Assembly (NCBI GenBank): GCA_002269645.1
Contig: NIVC01000085.1
Span: 620,001 to 684,000, forward strand
Source of the DNA: Macrostomum lignano
Lineage: Eukaryota
Length of the DNA: 64,000 nt
Direction of reading: 5' to 3'
Position numbers and translations under genes: made by a program. This document shows positions 14,890 through 27,274 of this stretch, one piece after another. The notes under the pieces were generated by a model that saw nothing but the letters and a program-made list of their open reading frames with translations, ran no database searches and was not told the origin of the DNA. Each line of letters opens with the position of its first letter. Position 1 is the first letter of the stretch.

Positions 14890-15850
14890 GTGTCCGCCGG
14901 ACACCTGTGCCGCCTCGGCCTGGCGGAGAACTCCTGGCGATCCTACCTCAGCCAGCTGCTCTCCTGGGAAGCCTTCTGTGTTAGCGCAGGCCGCCCTTCA
15001 TCTCCAGCTGACGGTGACCTACTCTGCCGCTACATCGCGCACCTGGTGAGCACCCGGCTCCGGTCCTTCTCCAGCCTCCGATCCTACGTCCATGCCGTCT
15101 CTTTTCTGCACCAAGCCACCGGCGCCCCCGACCCAGCGAAAGACTTCACCGTGCAGCTGGCCCTCCGCGGCGCCAAACGTCATCTGGGCCTGCGATGCAA
15201 ACAGGCAAAGCCGCTGACCATCGAGCACCTCAAGAGCATCCATCAGCAGCTCTCGCGCTCCATCTTAAGCGCAGATCTCAGGGCCGCCTTCTGGGCGGCT
15301 CTCCTGGTGGGCTGGTGGGGCATGTTGCGCCTTGGCGACTTCCTATCGACCCGCGGCAGCCGCTCTGTCTCGCGGGCGTGCCTGTCGGCTTCATCTGGCT
15401 GCTGGAAGTTGGCCCTCCCTAAGTCCAAGACCAACCAGTTCGGGTCGACGCCGCATGTCGTTCTTCTGCCACCTGTTCAAGAGTCACCACTCTGCCCTGT
15501 GCGGTCTCTCTGCGGTATCACCTGCACCAGTCACCAGCCAGCGACCCAAGGGCGCCACTCTTTGGCTACGGCCACGGAGGCGAGCTCTCAGCCAGCCAGT
15601 TCATCAGCTGTCTTCGTGCGTGTCTGGCTGCGTGCGGCCTCCCAGCTGCTGGTTTCTCCGGCCACGGCATCCGGCGTGAAGGTGCCAGCTTCTGCCATCA
15701 AATCGGCTTGTCAGAATCGGACGTTCGGGCTCTTGGGGGCTAGAAATCGGACGCTGTTCTCCGCTACTTTTCTGGCAGCTCTACCCTGTCGCGCCGCCAG
15801 CGCTCTGCTTCTTTCATGGCTTCGCAGCTGCAGGCTGCGTCCACCTGACT
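14890..15850 (+). pseudogene. tyrosine recombinase of the YR retroelement (frameshift ~15520, premature TAG)
   Basis: WWGMLRLGDF (catalytic R), KSKTNQFG, LCPVRSL; in the shifted frame FSGHGIRREGA, GG*KSDAVLRY (Trp codon now TAG; catalytic Tyr retained). Confidence 0.88.
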
Positions 15851-16008
15851 GCCTTCCCGCTTTTACTCCTTCCCTTCCCCATCATTGGGGTTGGGATCCG
15901 CTTTTTCGGCCGCTGCCTGCTTTCGCAACCGTTTTATCTCGTTTGGCTCCTTCCGGCGTGTTTAACATTTGCTCATTGATTTTAGTAGCTTAAATATCAC
16001 TGAGCACA

Positions 16009-16110
16009 GTGATCTGTCACTCTGAGCTGGGACCTGAGAACTGTGATCTGTCACTCTGAGCTGGGACCTGAGAACTGTGATCTGTCACTCTGAGCTGGGA
16101 TCTGAGCACT
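16009..16110. repeat. 34-bp tandem repeat x3
   Basis: GTGATCTGTCACTCTGAGCTGGGACCTGAGAACT starts at 16009, 16043 and 16077. Confidence 0.9.
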
Positions 16111-18029
16111 TAGTCTTTGGGCGATAGCGAGGGGCACCGGTCCCAGACGCCACCGGACGCCATTCTGCTTTCGGGTGCCATCTTGACAGATACACAGAGA
16201 GAGAGAGAGAGGGGGGCAGAGAGTCGTGCTGCTTGCCAGCCAACTGGCTTAAGCTGCTGCAGTTGAGATTCCGAGCAGCGGGCAGAGTGAGAGAAAAAAA
16301 CTCACCAAGACCTTTTAACAAGGAACTCTCCTGTGCACCCGAGCCGACTCACCCAGCTGATGTGATTTTAAGCTGAGTACGGCTGAGTACAGCTGAGGGA
16401 CTGAGCAGCATTTTACACCGCTCAGTAGGCCATTAAATGCATTAAAAGATTTCACACTACACTGAGGCACAATGGGTCAGCTCAGCCTCATCAAGTACAG
16501 CTTGGGGTGGCTGCTGCAGCCGCAGCCTTTCTGTTGCCATGCTGGGTGCACAGAGGCGAAGGCGGCGGACTCAGCGCTCATGCTCGGGAGAGAAGTTTCG
16601 GCTGCTCAGGCCGGGGGTGGTCGGCCTCGCCAGAGGCTGCAAAAGGGAGGGCAGCTGAGAGATGAGGCGGTAAAATCTTTCTGCCAACCGGCTGCACAAA
16701 CCTTTGAAACACCTGTCGCTCTGACAGCAACGATGACTGATATCTGCCACTCTGACAGCAGCCGTGACTGACAGCTGGCAGCAGCCAGGAGTAGTAGGTA
16801 AGATTAAACGTTTTCAAAATTCATTTAAAAAAATTAAAGCAGTGAAGCCACTCTTTTGCTCTCTCTCTCTCTCTCATTGTCTCCTTCCCTCTTCTCTTTC
16901 TTCCTTCCATGTACCTATTATTTGGCACGATATTGCTTCTGGTGAATCCTTTTCATTTCCTCCATAATCCCAATAATTCTAGTTTGATTACTCAAAACTA
17001 ATAGGGGGTCGAAAATCTTGAAACATAATAGTCTGCTCTCTGCTTGCTTTTTTCCCAATCAATCTCTTCTAGTGCTTTTTAGCAGTTATTTCGGCTACTT
17101 AAGAATTTCATGAACTCCATTTGTATTATCCCCAAAGAAATCACTAAGAAATCGTCTAAAACTTATGAACATGCTACTTTCACTCGCTACTTGCTCAATC
17201 TTCCCATTCTTAATTTTCAATACGCATTCTTCAAGCTTCATTCAAGTCGCTGCTTAAAATCTTTCAACCAGCGTCACCATTTTAAAAATTATTTAAACAT
17301 AAAAACGTTTCCTTTTTACGAGGCTCCTAGTACGTTTAATTTCAATAATTGTAGTAGCTACTAGTTAAGTAGCAATACAAGAAAGTAATTCACCCACTAA
17401 ATGCAAACTTTCTGGCCCCAAGTAGAAATTAACGTTTAAAATATCGATTAGGATTTTCACTGCGTAAAATTTGTAAAATGTGTGCAATGTAGGCGGCTAT
17501 ACGAGCCGTGTAGGTGACGTCGTGTTAGTGCTAACGTCGACGTTAGGGGTTGTCGCGTGGCTTTTAAACCCTCACCTTGTGCTCTGTCAGCAGTGTCGCT
17601 CACCCGCTCAAATTATCTTGCCAAACTTACGGCCAGTCAACTGCTGTTTGCAAAAGAACTCTGTTAGCGCGATTGAAACGTTTACAATCCAAAGATCAAG
17701 AACAGGACGAATCAACCGGCGGACAAAAAATCAACCGACAGCGAGATTTACAGCGGAGTTAGTTGGCAGCCGAGCTCAGCGGAAGACGCCGTGGTACGAA
17801 GTTGGATGGAAAGACTGCTTTTTTCTGCTGGTTTTGGCACAGCGTATCTTAACTTTTGAAAATATTCCGCAGTATTCAGCATTGGCAATAAAAAAGGTTA
17901 AAATTCAAAACTTAAGCCTCTAGAGCAGATTAGTATCGGTGAGTACGAGCTAGATGAGTTTTGTAGTGGGAATTCTAGCACTCTCCAGTCCCTGATTGAA
18001 TCTGGCGAGATGATTGACTGGGAAGCGCG

Positions 18030-18300
18030 CGCTGCTCCAAGACTGCATGAATACCTTGCTTACAACCGCTAGTTATGCGAGCTGCTGAATAGCGGCTTTG
18101 AAAAATGTCCTGCTCTATGATGACAGCTTCCGGATGCTCCAGCATGAAACTAGTCGTCACATGGAAAATAAGTCTTTCCAGCTGCTCTCACGACACCTGC
18201 TTGGTCCGAATCGACCCAACGCCATGAATAGCAGCTTGCAACCTGGAAAGTGGCCGCAGAATTGGAGGAATAGCCAAATATCTGCTCTTCAACCTAGACA
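18030..18300 (+). pseudogene. degenerate LINE (CR1/L2-like) RT-domain fragment
   Basis: MNSSLQPGKWPQNWRNSQIS resembles the IFNxSLxxGxxPxxWKxAxV motif upstream of the LINE RT core. Confidence 0.45.
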
Positions 18301-18384
18301 TTCTGGTAGAGTAGCTCGCTTAATAAATAGGAATAAAATGAATGAGAGAGCAAACATTAACTCGTTTTTTTACTTTAATTCAAT

Positions 18385-18424
18385 TGCCAATGCATTTCGA
18401 CCCTTGTAGGTCATCGTCAGGGCA
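18385..18424 (-). ncRNA. candidate minimal type I hammerhead ribozyme (Penelope-type)
   Basis: Minus strand reads TGCC-CTGACGA-T-GACC-TACAAG-GGTC-GAAA-TGCA-TT-GGCA: stem I TGCC/GGCA, CUGANGA and GAAA cores, stem II GACC/GGTC, palindromic TGCA in place of stem III. Confidence 0.55.
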
Positions 18425-18452
18425 GTAGTGAAATTGAAAATTCTAATAAACA

Positions 18453-18635
18453 GTTGAATAAATATACCTGTGATAAGTTGAATACACAATATAAATTATT
18501 GTACGTAGTTTTCAATCGAAACAATCGAAGCTTGGAGTGTACGCTACTGCACTGTGTGTTAACTTGTTTCGATTGAAAACTACGTAAAATAATTTATATT
18601 GTGTATTCAACTTATCACAGGTATATTTATTCAAC
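18453..18635. repeat. near-perfect 72-bp inverted repeat with a 39-bp spacer
   Basis: Arms 18453-18524 and 18564-18635; one mismatch seen. Confidence 0.9.
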
Positions 18636-19587
18636 CTAGACAATTTCATCATGTTCACGTCATCTGCAAAGGGAACAATCCCGGTTATCTTCACGCTTCA
18701 GCGTCAAAAACCTAGATAGCCGACTGCCCAACCATTGTAAATATTGTATTTCCATAAACCCGCGATTTTATTCCTGAAAATGCTCTTACATCTAGTTCCA
18801 TTGAGAAAACACACATTTGTCTTCGTTGTGCTTCAACCATTTAGAAAAGCATGCCACCACAACTAGAGCTGGGTTTATTAGGCATCAGGAGCTCCTAAAT
18901 AAGCAAATTATATAAAAGCTAATATAAAATTATAGAAAGAGGTCTTAATGCCAAGGAAACCTACAAAGTTCAGTCCGCTAGACAAAACTTTTGTATGGAA
19001 CTTCTGTATGGATTCTTTGAGAATAATTAATCAATGTAGTGTTGATGGCATTACAAAGGAAGTGAATAATTTTGCCCTATTGATTCATCGGTAGATTAAA
19101 CAGGTGATAGGTCAAAGCATTGTTTTGGAAGCTTTGTAACAGAGTCGAAACTCTTCTCGATTTCTCAATATAGAATTTATGGTCTTATCAAGAAAGTGAA
19201 GACTCCATAAATTTTGTTAAAAAGCTTACTTATGTCTACTATTTTCTCCCCTCTCTTCTTATTCCTCTCCCCCTTTCTCCCTACCCTCGTTCCCCTTTCT
19301 TCCCCTTTCTCCGTTTCTTCTTCCTCTTCCTCCCCCCTCTTTCCCTGTCTGTCTCCCATCTTGCTCCCCCTATGCTCTCCTTTCTTTCTACTCCTATGTT
19401 CTACCTTCTTTCTCCCTCACCTCTTTATTCCCCTGTCTTCCTCTATTTATCATTCTTTTATTTTTGACGTATTGAGGGTTGGCACAGACTATTGGCTGGC
19501 TAACTATTAAACTTTGACTCATTTTGTGCCTTGCGACCTTTTTAATCATGCTGATCTTAGTAAATAAAATAATTACATTTTAGCAGA

Positions 19588-22500
19588 ATGGGCCAAAACC
19601 TTAACTGCCATCGGGCCGTAAACAGAAGCAACATAACGGCGGTGACAGCTCATCTGTGGCTTCAAGTCTTCAAGATTTACGTACAGGCATTCGCTGACCA
19701 AACAAAAAGAGATGATCGCTGTATCAAGGCTGCAAAATTTGCTGCAACCAAAGGTCACTTAGTAGTCATAAAGTTTCTTGTGCAGGCAGTCGCTGACGAA
19801 ACAAAAAAGGATCAATTCTGCATCGAGGCAGCCAAATCTGCTGCAACTAAGGGTCACTTAGACGTCATCGTATTTCTTGTGCAGGCAGTCGCTGACGAAA
19901 CAAAAATATATCAATTCTGCATCGAGGCTGCCAAATCTGCTGCATTCCAGGGTCACTTAGAAGTCATCAAGTTTCTTGTGCAGGAAGTCCCTGACCAAAC
20001 AAAAAGAGATCAATGCTGCATCGAAGCTGCCGAATCTGCTGCAACCCAGGGTCACTTAGAAGTTATCGTATTTCTTGTGCAGGCAGTCGCTGACGAAACA
20101 AAAAGAGATCAATTCTGCATCGAGGCTGCCGAATCTGCTGCAAGCAAAGGTTACTTAGAACTCATCAAGTTTCTCGTTTTCGCAGTCGATGACCAAGAAA
20201 ACAGAGATCTCTGCTGCGTCAACGCTGCCGAATCTGCTACAAAAAGTGGTCACTTTGAAGTCGTCAAGTTTCTCGTGCCACAATTCATTGACCAAACAAA
20301 AAAAAATATTTGCTGCATCAAAGCTGTTGAAGAAGCTGCAAACAAGCGCCAGTGGGATTTCGTCAGTTTTTTCGTGAATACTGTCGTTGACCAAACAAGA
20401 AGAGATGATTGCTGCATCAACGCTGCTAGAAAAGCTTCAAACCAGTGTCAGTGGGAAGTCATCCAGTTTTTCGTGAATACGGTCGTTGACCAAACAAGAA
20501 GAGATGACTGCTGCGTCAACGTTGCCGAAGAAGCTACAAACAAGGGTCAATGGGAAGTTGTCAAGTTTATCGTGCAGACAGTTGTTGACCAAACAAGCAG
20601 AGATGACTGCTGCGTCAACGCTGCTAAAGAAGCTGCAAGCCAGCGTCATTGGGAAGTCGCCAAGTTTCTCGTGCAGGAAATCGCGGACCAAACTAAAAGA
20701 GATGACTGCTGCATCAACGTTGCCAATGAAGCTGCAAGCCAGCGTCAATGGGAAGTTTTCAAGTCTTTTGTGCAGGTAGTCGCTGACCAAACAAGAAGAG
20801 ATGATTGCTGCATCAACGCTGCTAAAAAATCTGCAATCAAGCGTCATTGGGAAGTCGCCAAGTTTCTCGTGCAGGAAGTCGTTGACCAAACAAGAAGAGA
20901 TGACTGTCGCATCAATGTTGCCGACGAAGCCACAAACAAGCGTGAGTGGGAAGTCGTCAAGTTTTTCGTTAAGACAGTCGTTGACCAAACAAAAAGAGAT
21001 GGCTGCTGCATCAACGCTGCTAAAAAGGCTGCAAAAAAGCGTCAGTGGAAAGTTGCCACGTTTTTCATGCAGGCAGTCGCTGACCAGAAAGAAAGAGATG
21101 ACTGCTGTATCAACGTTGCCGATGAAGCTAAAAAAAGCGTCAGTGGGAAGTCGTCAAGTTTTTCGTTAAGACAGTCGTTGACCAAACAAAAAGAGATGAC
21201 TGCTGCATCGACGCTGCTAAAGAAGCTGCATACAAGCGTCATTGGATAGTTGTCAATTTTTTCGTGCAGGCAGTCGCTGACCAATCAAAAAGAGATGACT
21301 CCTGCATCAACGCTGCTAAAAATGCTGCAAGCAACCGTCATTGGGAACTCGTCAAGTTTTTCGTGCAGAAAGTCGCGGATCAAACAAAAAGAGATGACTG
21401 CTGCATTAATGTTGTCGAACAAGCTGCATACAAGGGTCACTTAAAATTCGTCACGTCTTTCGTGCAGGCAGTCGCTGACCAAACAAAAAGAGATGGCTGC
21501 TGCATCGACGCTGCTAAAGAAGCTGCATACAAGCGTCATTGGGAAGTCGTCGAGTTTCTCGTGCACGCAGTCGTTGATGAAACAAGAAGAGATGACTGCT
21601 GCATTAATGTTGTCGAACAAGCTGCATACAAGGGTCACTTAAAATTCGTCACGTCTTTCGTGCAGGCAGTCGCTGACCAAACAAAAAGAGATGACTGCTG
21701 CATCAAAGCTGCTAAAAATGCTGCAATCAAGCGTCATTGGGAAGTCGTCGAGTTTCTCGTGCACGCAGTCGTTGATGAAACAAGAAGAGATGACTGCTGC
21801 ATCAACGTTGCCGAAGAAGCTGCATGCAAGGGTCACTTAAAATTCGTCAAGTTTCTCATCGACGCTGTCGCTAACCAGATAAAAAAAGATGATTGCTGCA
21901 TCAAGGCTGCCGAATCTGCTGCAGCCAAGGGTCACTTAGAAGTCGTCAAGTTTCTCGTGCAGACAGTCGCTGACCAAACAAAAAGATATGCCTGCTGCAT
22001 CAACGCAGCCGAATTTGCTGCAAGTAATGGGCATTGTAAAGTCATAAAGTTTCTTGCGCAGACAGTCGCTGACCAAGCAAAAATAGACGATTGCTGCATC
22101 GAGGCTGCTAAGTCTGCTGCAAGCAGTAGTCGGTGGAAAATCGTCAAGATTCTCGTGCAGACAGTCGCTGACCAAACAAAAAGAGATGATTGCTGCATCA
22201 AGGCTGCCAATTCTGCTGCAAGCAGTAGTCGGTGGAAAATTGTCAAATATCTCGTTAAGACAGTCGCTGACCACACAAAAAGAGATGATTGCTGCATCGA
22301 GACTGCCGAATTGGCTGCAAGAAATGATCAGTGGAAAATCTTCAAATATCTCGTGCAGAAAGTTGCTGACCAAACAAAAAGAGATGATTACTGCATAGAG
22401 GCAGCCAATTCTGCTGCAAGCCGTAGTCGGTGGAAAATCGTCAAATATCTCGTTAAGACAGTCGCTGACCACACAAAAAGAGATGATTGCTGCATCGAGA

Positions 22501-23651
22501 CTGCCGAATTGGCTGCAAGAAATATTCAGTGGAAAATCGTCAAATATCTCGTGCGGACAGTAGCTGACCGAACAAAAATATATCAATGCTGTATCGAGGC
22601 TGCCAAATCTGCTGCATCCCGGGGTCACTTAGAAGTCATCAAGTTTCTTTTGCAGGAAGTCCCTGACCAAACAAAAAGAGATCAATGCTGTATCGAGGCT
22701 GCCAAATCTGCTGCATCCCAGGGTCACTTAGAAGTCATCAAGTTTCTTGTGCAGGCAGTTGCTGACGAAACAAAAAGAGATCAATGCTGCATCGAAGCTG
22801 CCGAATCTGCTGCAACCCAGGGTCACTTAGAAGTTATCGTATTTCTTGTGCAGGCAGTCGCTGACGAAACAAAAAGAGATCAGTGCTGCATCGAGGCTGC
22901 TAAATCTGCTGTAAGAAATAATCAGTGGAAAGTCGTCAAGTTTCTCGTGCCACAAGTCGCTGACCAAGCAAAAAGAGATCGCTGCTGCATCAAAGCTGCC
23001 GAATCTGCTGTAGAACGTTGTCAGTGGGAAGTCGCCAAATTTCTCATCTCGTGTCTTTTAAGTCCGGATGAGAAAGCAAATTTCCATTTCGCAGTCGCGG
23101 CTTGCTCTCGTCTTCGCGAAGATATAGTTGCCTCCGTCGGCCCCAAACCCGACTGGCTCTTCCAATCCGGCTCCATCCTCAGCTTCACTGCAGCAATGGC
23201 CATCGAAGGCAGAAACTCCGTTCTCAACAAAACCCTCTCTCAAATGCAGCCAGCTCAAATCACACAGCTGCTCCGTCTCTCAATCTCTCAACGACACGTC
23301 GCTCTTGCCGCCACACTGCTCAATCATGAGCAATTCAGCAGACAGCATGTCGATCTCTCTGACGACAACACCGAAGCCACCGCTCTCATGCTGGCAGCTG
23401 ATGCAGGTCATCACGAGCTCATTGAGAAACTCATCGATCTCGGTGCGTCAGTGCGTGCTGAAGACAGTCAGGGTCGGACTGCTCTGTCACGAGCGTGCGA
23501 AGCCGGTCACGTGCGAGCAGCCAAGGCTCTGATGGACAGAGGAGCGGATGCAAGTCATCGAGACGGTCGGGGTCTGACGTGTGCGCAGGTGGCACAGCGA
23601 TTTGAGCAGCGGCAGGTGCTGCGGCTGCTGGATCTCAGTGGAGCGGGGTGA
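19588..23651 (+). CDS. large ankyrin-like repeat protein (~29 x 39-aa CC-containing repeats + C-terminal canonical ankyrin repeats); one frameshift at an A-run ~21130
   Basis: ORFs 19588-21249 and 21264-23651 join if one A is added to the A7 run. Repeat consensus RDDCCIxAAxxAAxxxHWEVVKFLVQxVADQTK; C-terminal TALMLAADAGH, GRTALSRACEAGH. Confidence 0.85.
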
Positions 23652-23959
23652 GTGGGGCGATAATTTGGCGAACCTTTTCAGTGCTGTATCGTTTTTAAAA
23701 AGCATTTAGGAATGTTTTGTTATATTATGTAAGAATGAATTTAATTTTAGTTGGAAAGTCTTGATTAATAGTTGCTTAGAACAGACAACATTTTATAGAA
23801 TTTTATGAGGTTGAGAAAGCAGTTAGCAACTTTCAAGAAATACTTAATAACACAGTGTGATAAATAGGCAATTAGATAAATAGCATGCACGGTGAGCAAT
23901 TATTTAGGCCCTAGACAAACCTACTTGGAGCGTCAGAGATTTTAAAGCTATTAATCCTA

Positions 23960-24880
23960 ATCGCCTATCGCCGGTCGGCGAGTTCTACCAGTCTTTCTCC
24001 AATAGCCGCGGGTACAGTACAAGAAAACAAGAACACGAGGGAACACGAACCGAAAGATTTAGAGAGTGATAATCCTATAAGAATAGCTAATAAACAATTG
24101 ACTTGACGGTTTAATTTGACACATTCAATAGTTACAAGATTCAAATTCAAAGCGGCGCAGATAACTAGAGTTGACAAAACGACGATAACGGTTAATAATA
24201 ATAATTAGATTACGCAACTGGCAAGCAGATCTCAGCTGAAGAAGAGGAAGAAGAACCGAACACGACCACGGAGAAGACTCCTAACCCCTGGCCTAAACCA
24301 GAACCTACACTCAACGAGAGCCCTGCCGAATCGACCGTTCAACGGAGTACCGACTAAATTCTATCGGCACTGCCCTTCAGTGTGACACTGAGGCCCTCGG
24401 GGTCGAGGCCGCGTACTTGATCAGATCCGACAGTCTCTATCTAAACCGCGCTTGATAGCGACGACGTCAGACAAGGATGCCGAATCGTTACGCTACAAGA
24501 CTGAAGCGGTTGGGCGGGGAACAAAGATATGGACCGGGGTGACGAAATCAAAACGCCTCAAAGCGCGAACCAAAGGGAAACAGGCCACCGGCCGGGAAGC
24601 TGGACAAAACCAAGAACCGGGGAAAGAAGGGGGAAAAAGTGAGATCCGATTGCCAAACACACTTTCATTTATAGTCAGAGTCACAACCCCTCAAAACCCC
24701 CCTCAAGCCGGGTGGTGGTCGTCTGGCCGGCCGCTTGCTTAAGCCGATTTGCACTGTGCCCGCGGCGCCGGGTAGAACTGGAACTTGCCGCGTGCCAGGG
24801 TCCAGGCCAGCTCTGATTGGCTGGCCGCGCAAAGCTTGGGTTCGCAGACAAAAACTCAACCCTCCGCTGAGTCACAAATG
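23960..24880 (-). mobile_element. possible solo LTR
   Basis: The minus strand starts TGTGAC and has a CCAATCA box followed by TATAAATG; non-coding. No TSD or second copy found. Confidence 0.25.
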
Positions 24881-25639
24881 GCGTCTGACTTCTAACCTGT
24901 TTACTATTTTAGATTTTAACTAACAAGAAAAGTACACCAAAAACGCATGACTAAACTAAAGCAAAATAATAATTCAATAACAATATAGAAACTAATGCAG
25001 TCAATTAACTAACAAAATACACGCAAAAGATACTCACACTACAACAGGATGTTGCAGTAGCAAAAATAGGCAGAATTCTAAAAAGCCGCTTTGAATGTAT
25101 GTATCTATGGTTTTAGTGGCCTTTTTGCTTGTGAAACAATGGATAAATAATCAGCGGTCCCAGTGCATGACAACGATTGTCAACGATTGCCTAAGCTGCG
25201 ATTTGAACTTGTACTTATATTAATACTAACATAGTGAACAGGTTAGCTGAATTATCTGTAGTAAATTAACAGTTGAGATTGACTGTGAGGAAGAGCATGG
25301 TAGACGAAGGGATTCGGCTAACAGAAAAGCACGAGGCTGAATCATGGAGGAAAGAATAGAATGGAGTGGTGGTCTGAGCCAGTTGTTTTTATCTTGCTCG
25401 ATTTCGCTTTTAGCATCCCTTTCCCCCGTTCCTTCCTATTGGCTGAAAGCATATTTTGATGCGAGCTGGTACTATGCTGGGCACGAGCACATAGTAAAGA
25501 ACGGGGAAAATGGATGTTAAAAGTTAAGATCGAGCGAGACAAAAATAACGGGCTCGGATTGGCACTTCATTCTATTCTTTCCTCCATAGGCTCCAATGCA
25601 ACGGCGATGGTTCGAATTTTCAGATAGTAGATAAAGCTT

Positions 25640-26660
25640 TTTAACGTCAAGAAAACAAAAAACTTTTAATAAAAGAAGCGGCATATAAAGAACAAAAAGT
25701 GTCTACCTCCAAAACCATATACACAAACACATTGTCTCATGTATGTATTTTTAGAAGCCTAAAATAATGATTCCTAAGCGTGGAATAATGAGCGTACAGC
25801 ATGACACAATGATTTGTATGACCTATCTGAATACCCAGAATCATTCAGAATACAGAATGGGAAACAAGTTTATAATCCGAAAAGTAAAAAAGTACTAGGA
25901 AAAATGAAGGATGAGAAAGCTGGTGACATCATCACTGCATTTATTGGGTTGATAGCAAAGTCTTATCATGTAAAATGTGAGGAGTCAGACTCAATCAAAA
26001 GATCAAAAGGTGTACCCAAGCATGTAGTTAGAAATGAGTTAAATGAAGCCGCATACAGAGATGCCTTGTGTCAAAATAAGAGCACTGTTCATGAATTCTC
26101 CAAACTGCATTCGGAAGATCATGTAGTTTATCTGATTCAACAGAAGAAAATTGGTCCCTCCGGTGCTGACAATAAGCGATTTATCTTTGGTGACAATGTT
26201 AAAGCTTGCCTTTCAACCACTGAAGACTGCGAGAAATAGGTTTTTAATTAAAAAATTCTAAAAAATGACAACAAATACTTTTCTTCAAGATTTAGCTAAT
26301 GAATTGGAGATTCCAGACTTTCGAGATGTTTTTATGAGAGATACGCTTCCCAAATCAATCAGTACTCCTACGTAAACCATAAAAAAGTAATGCGGTATCA
26401 TGAACTTTGACACCTCCGACAAACCAGGTTCTTATTGGGTCTGTTGTTTGATTGATCCAGATCGCACGCATACATACTGCTACTTTGATAGTTATGGAAC
26501 AGCCCGACCTGAAAAATTGAGAAATTACTTAAAAGGGCAAAAAATTACCGCTCAGACTTTTTACTTCAATATCTTAACAGCGACATCTGCGGTGAGCTGT
26601 GCATGACTTTTTTATATGCAATGACCGGTAGAACCAAAAAGAGCTATAAGGAAATTATTT
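25640..26660 (+). pseudogene. Polinton/Adintovirus relic: protein-primed PolB C-terminus followed by an adenain-type cysteine protease
   Basis: KKVLGKMKDE..FIGLIAKSY..KRSKGV..DNKRFI (PolB); FRDVFMRDTLP, NFDTSDKPGSYWV, YFDSYG, ICGELC (protease); frameshifted. Confidence 0.85.
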
Positions 26661-27274
26661 TAAGTTTAAGGGTGCAGTAGGTTGTTCAGTAGCGGTTGTG
26701 ATTGATGAGACTTGGTAATGCGCAGTTCAGAAGGCAGTTGAGAAAATTTGTTTGATCACGCTAGTTAAGTTTGGCTCCTGCGACGTCGTTGTAAAATACT
26801 TGATGATCTGCATGTATGCTAGTCGTTTACTCTTAGATAGTAATTAGTTCATTCAAAGCAAATAAGAAAGAAAAAAGAAAGAAGCTTTATTTGTTAATTA
26901 TTATTTCTAAAAAATGATTGTGCTTTTATTTCGGTTAGAAAAAATAATGCATTGCACATGAATTTTACTAATAGATCTATAAAACTTTACTACCGAAAAC
27001 TGTTTGCATTAAGTTATTTCGTTTAATTATTATTGTCATACATTTATGACAGAATGGTTTGTTACAGAATGTAAATTGTCAAAAGTTTTATGTGCCCCAC
27101 TGGTAGCTATTCTAAGCGTTCTCATTGGTTGATAGAAGCATACTACCAATCTTCGCCCCCCGATGGGGGACATCTGGATAGAATCCTTGTTCTTTACAAA
27201 TAAAAAATAGACAGCGAAATAAAGCTTTCATAAAAAAACAACAGACATTCCTTCTAAAAACAAAACATCCCAAG

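Larger units (their letters stand above)
11683..15966 (+). mobile_element. tyrosine-recombinase retrotransposon (Ngaro/DIRS-like), degenerate
   Basis: Gag, RT-RNase H and YR are in order. Terminal 14-bp inverted repeats GTTAGACACGCCGG / CCGGCGTGTTTAAC; no TSD seen. Confidence 0.9.
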
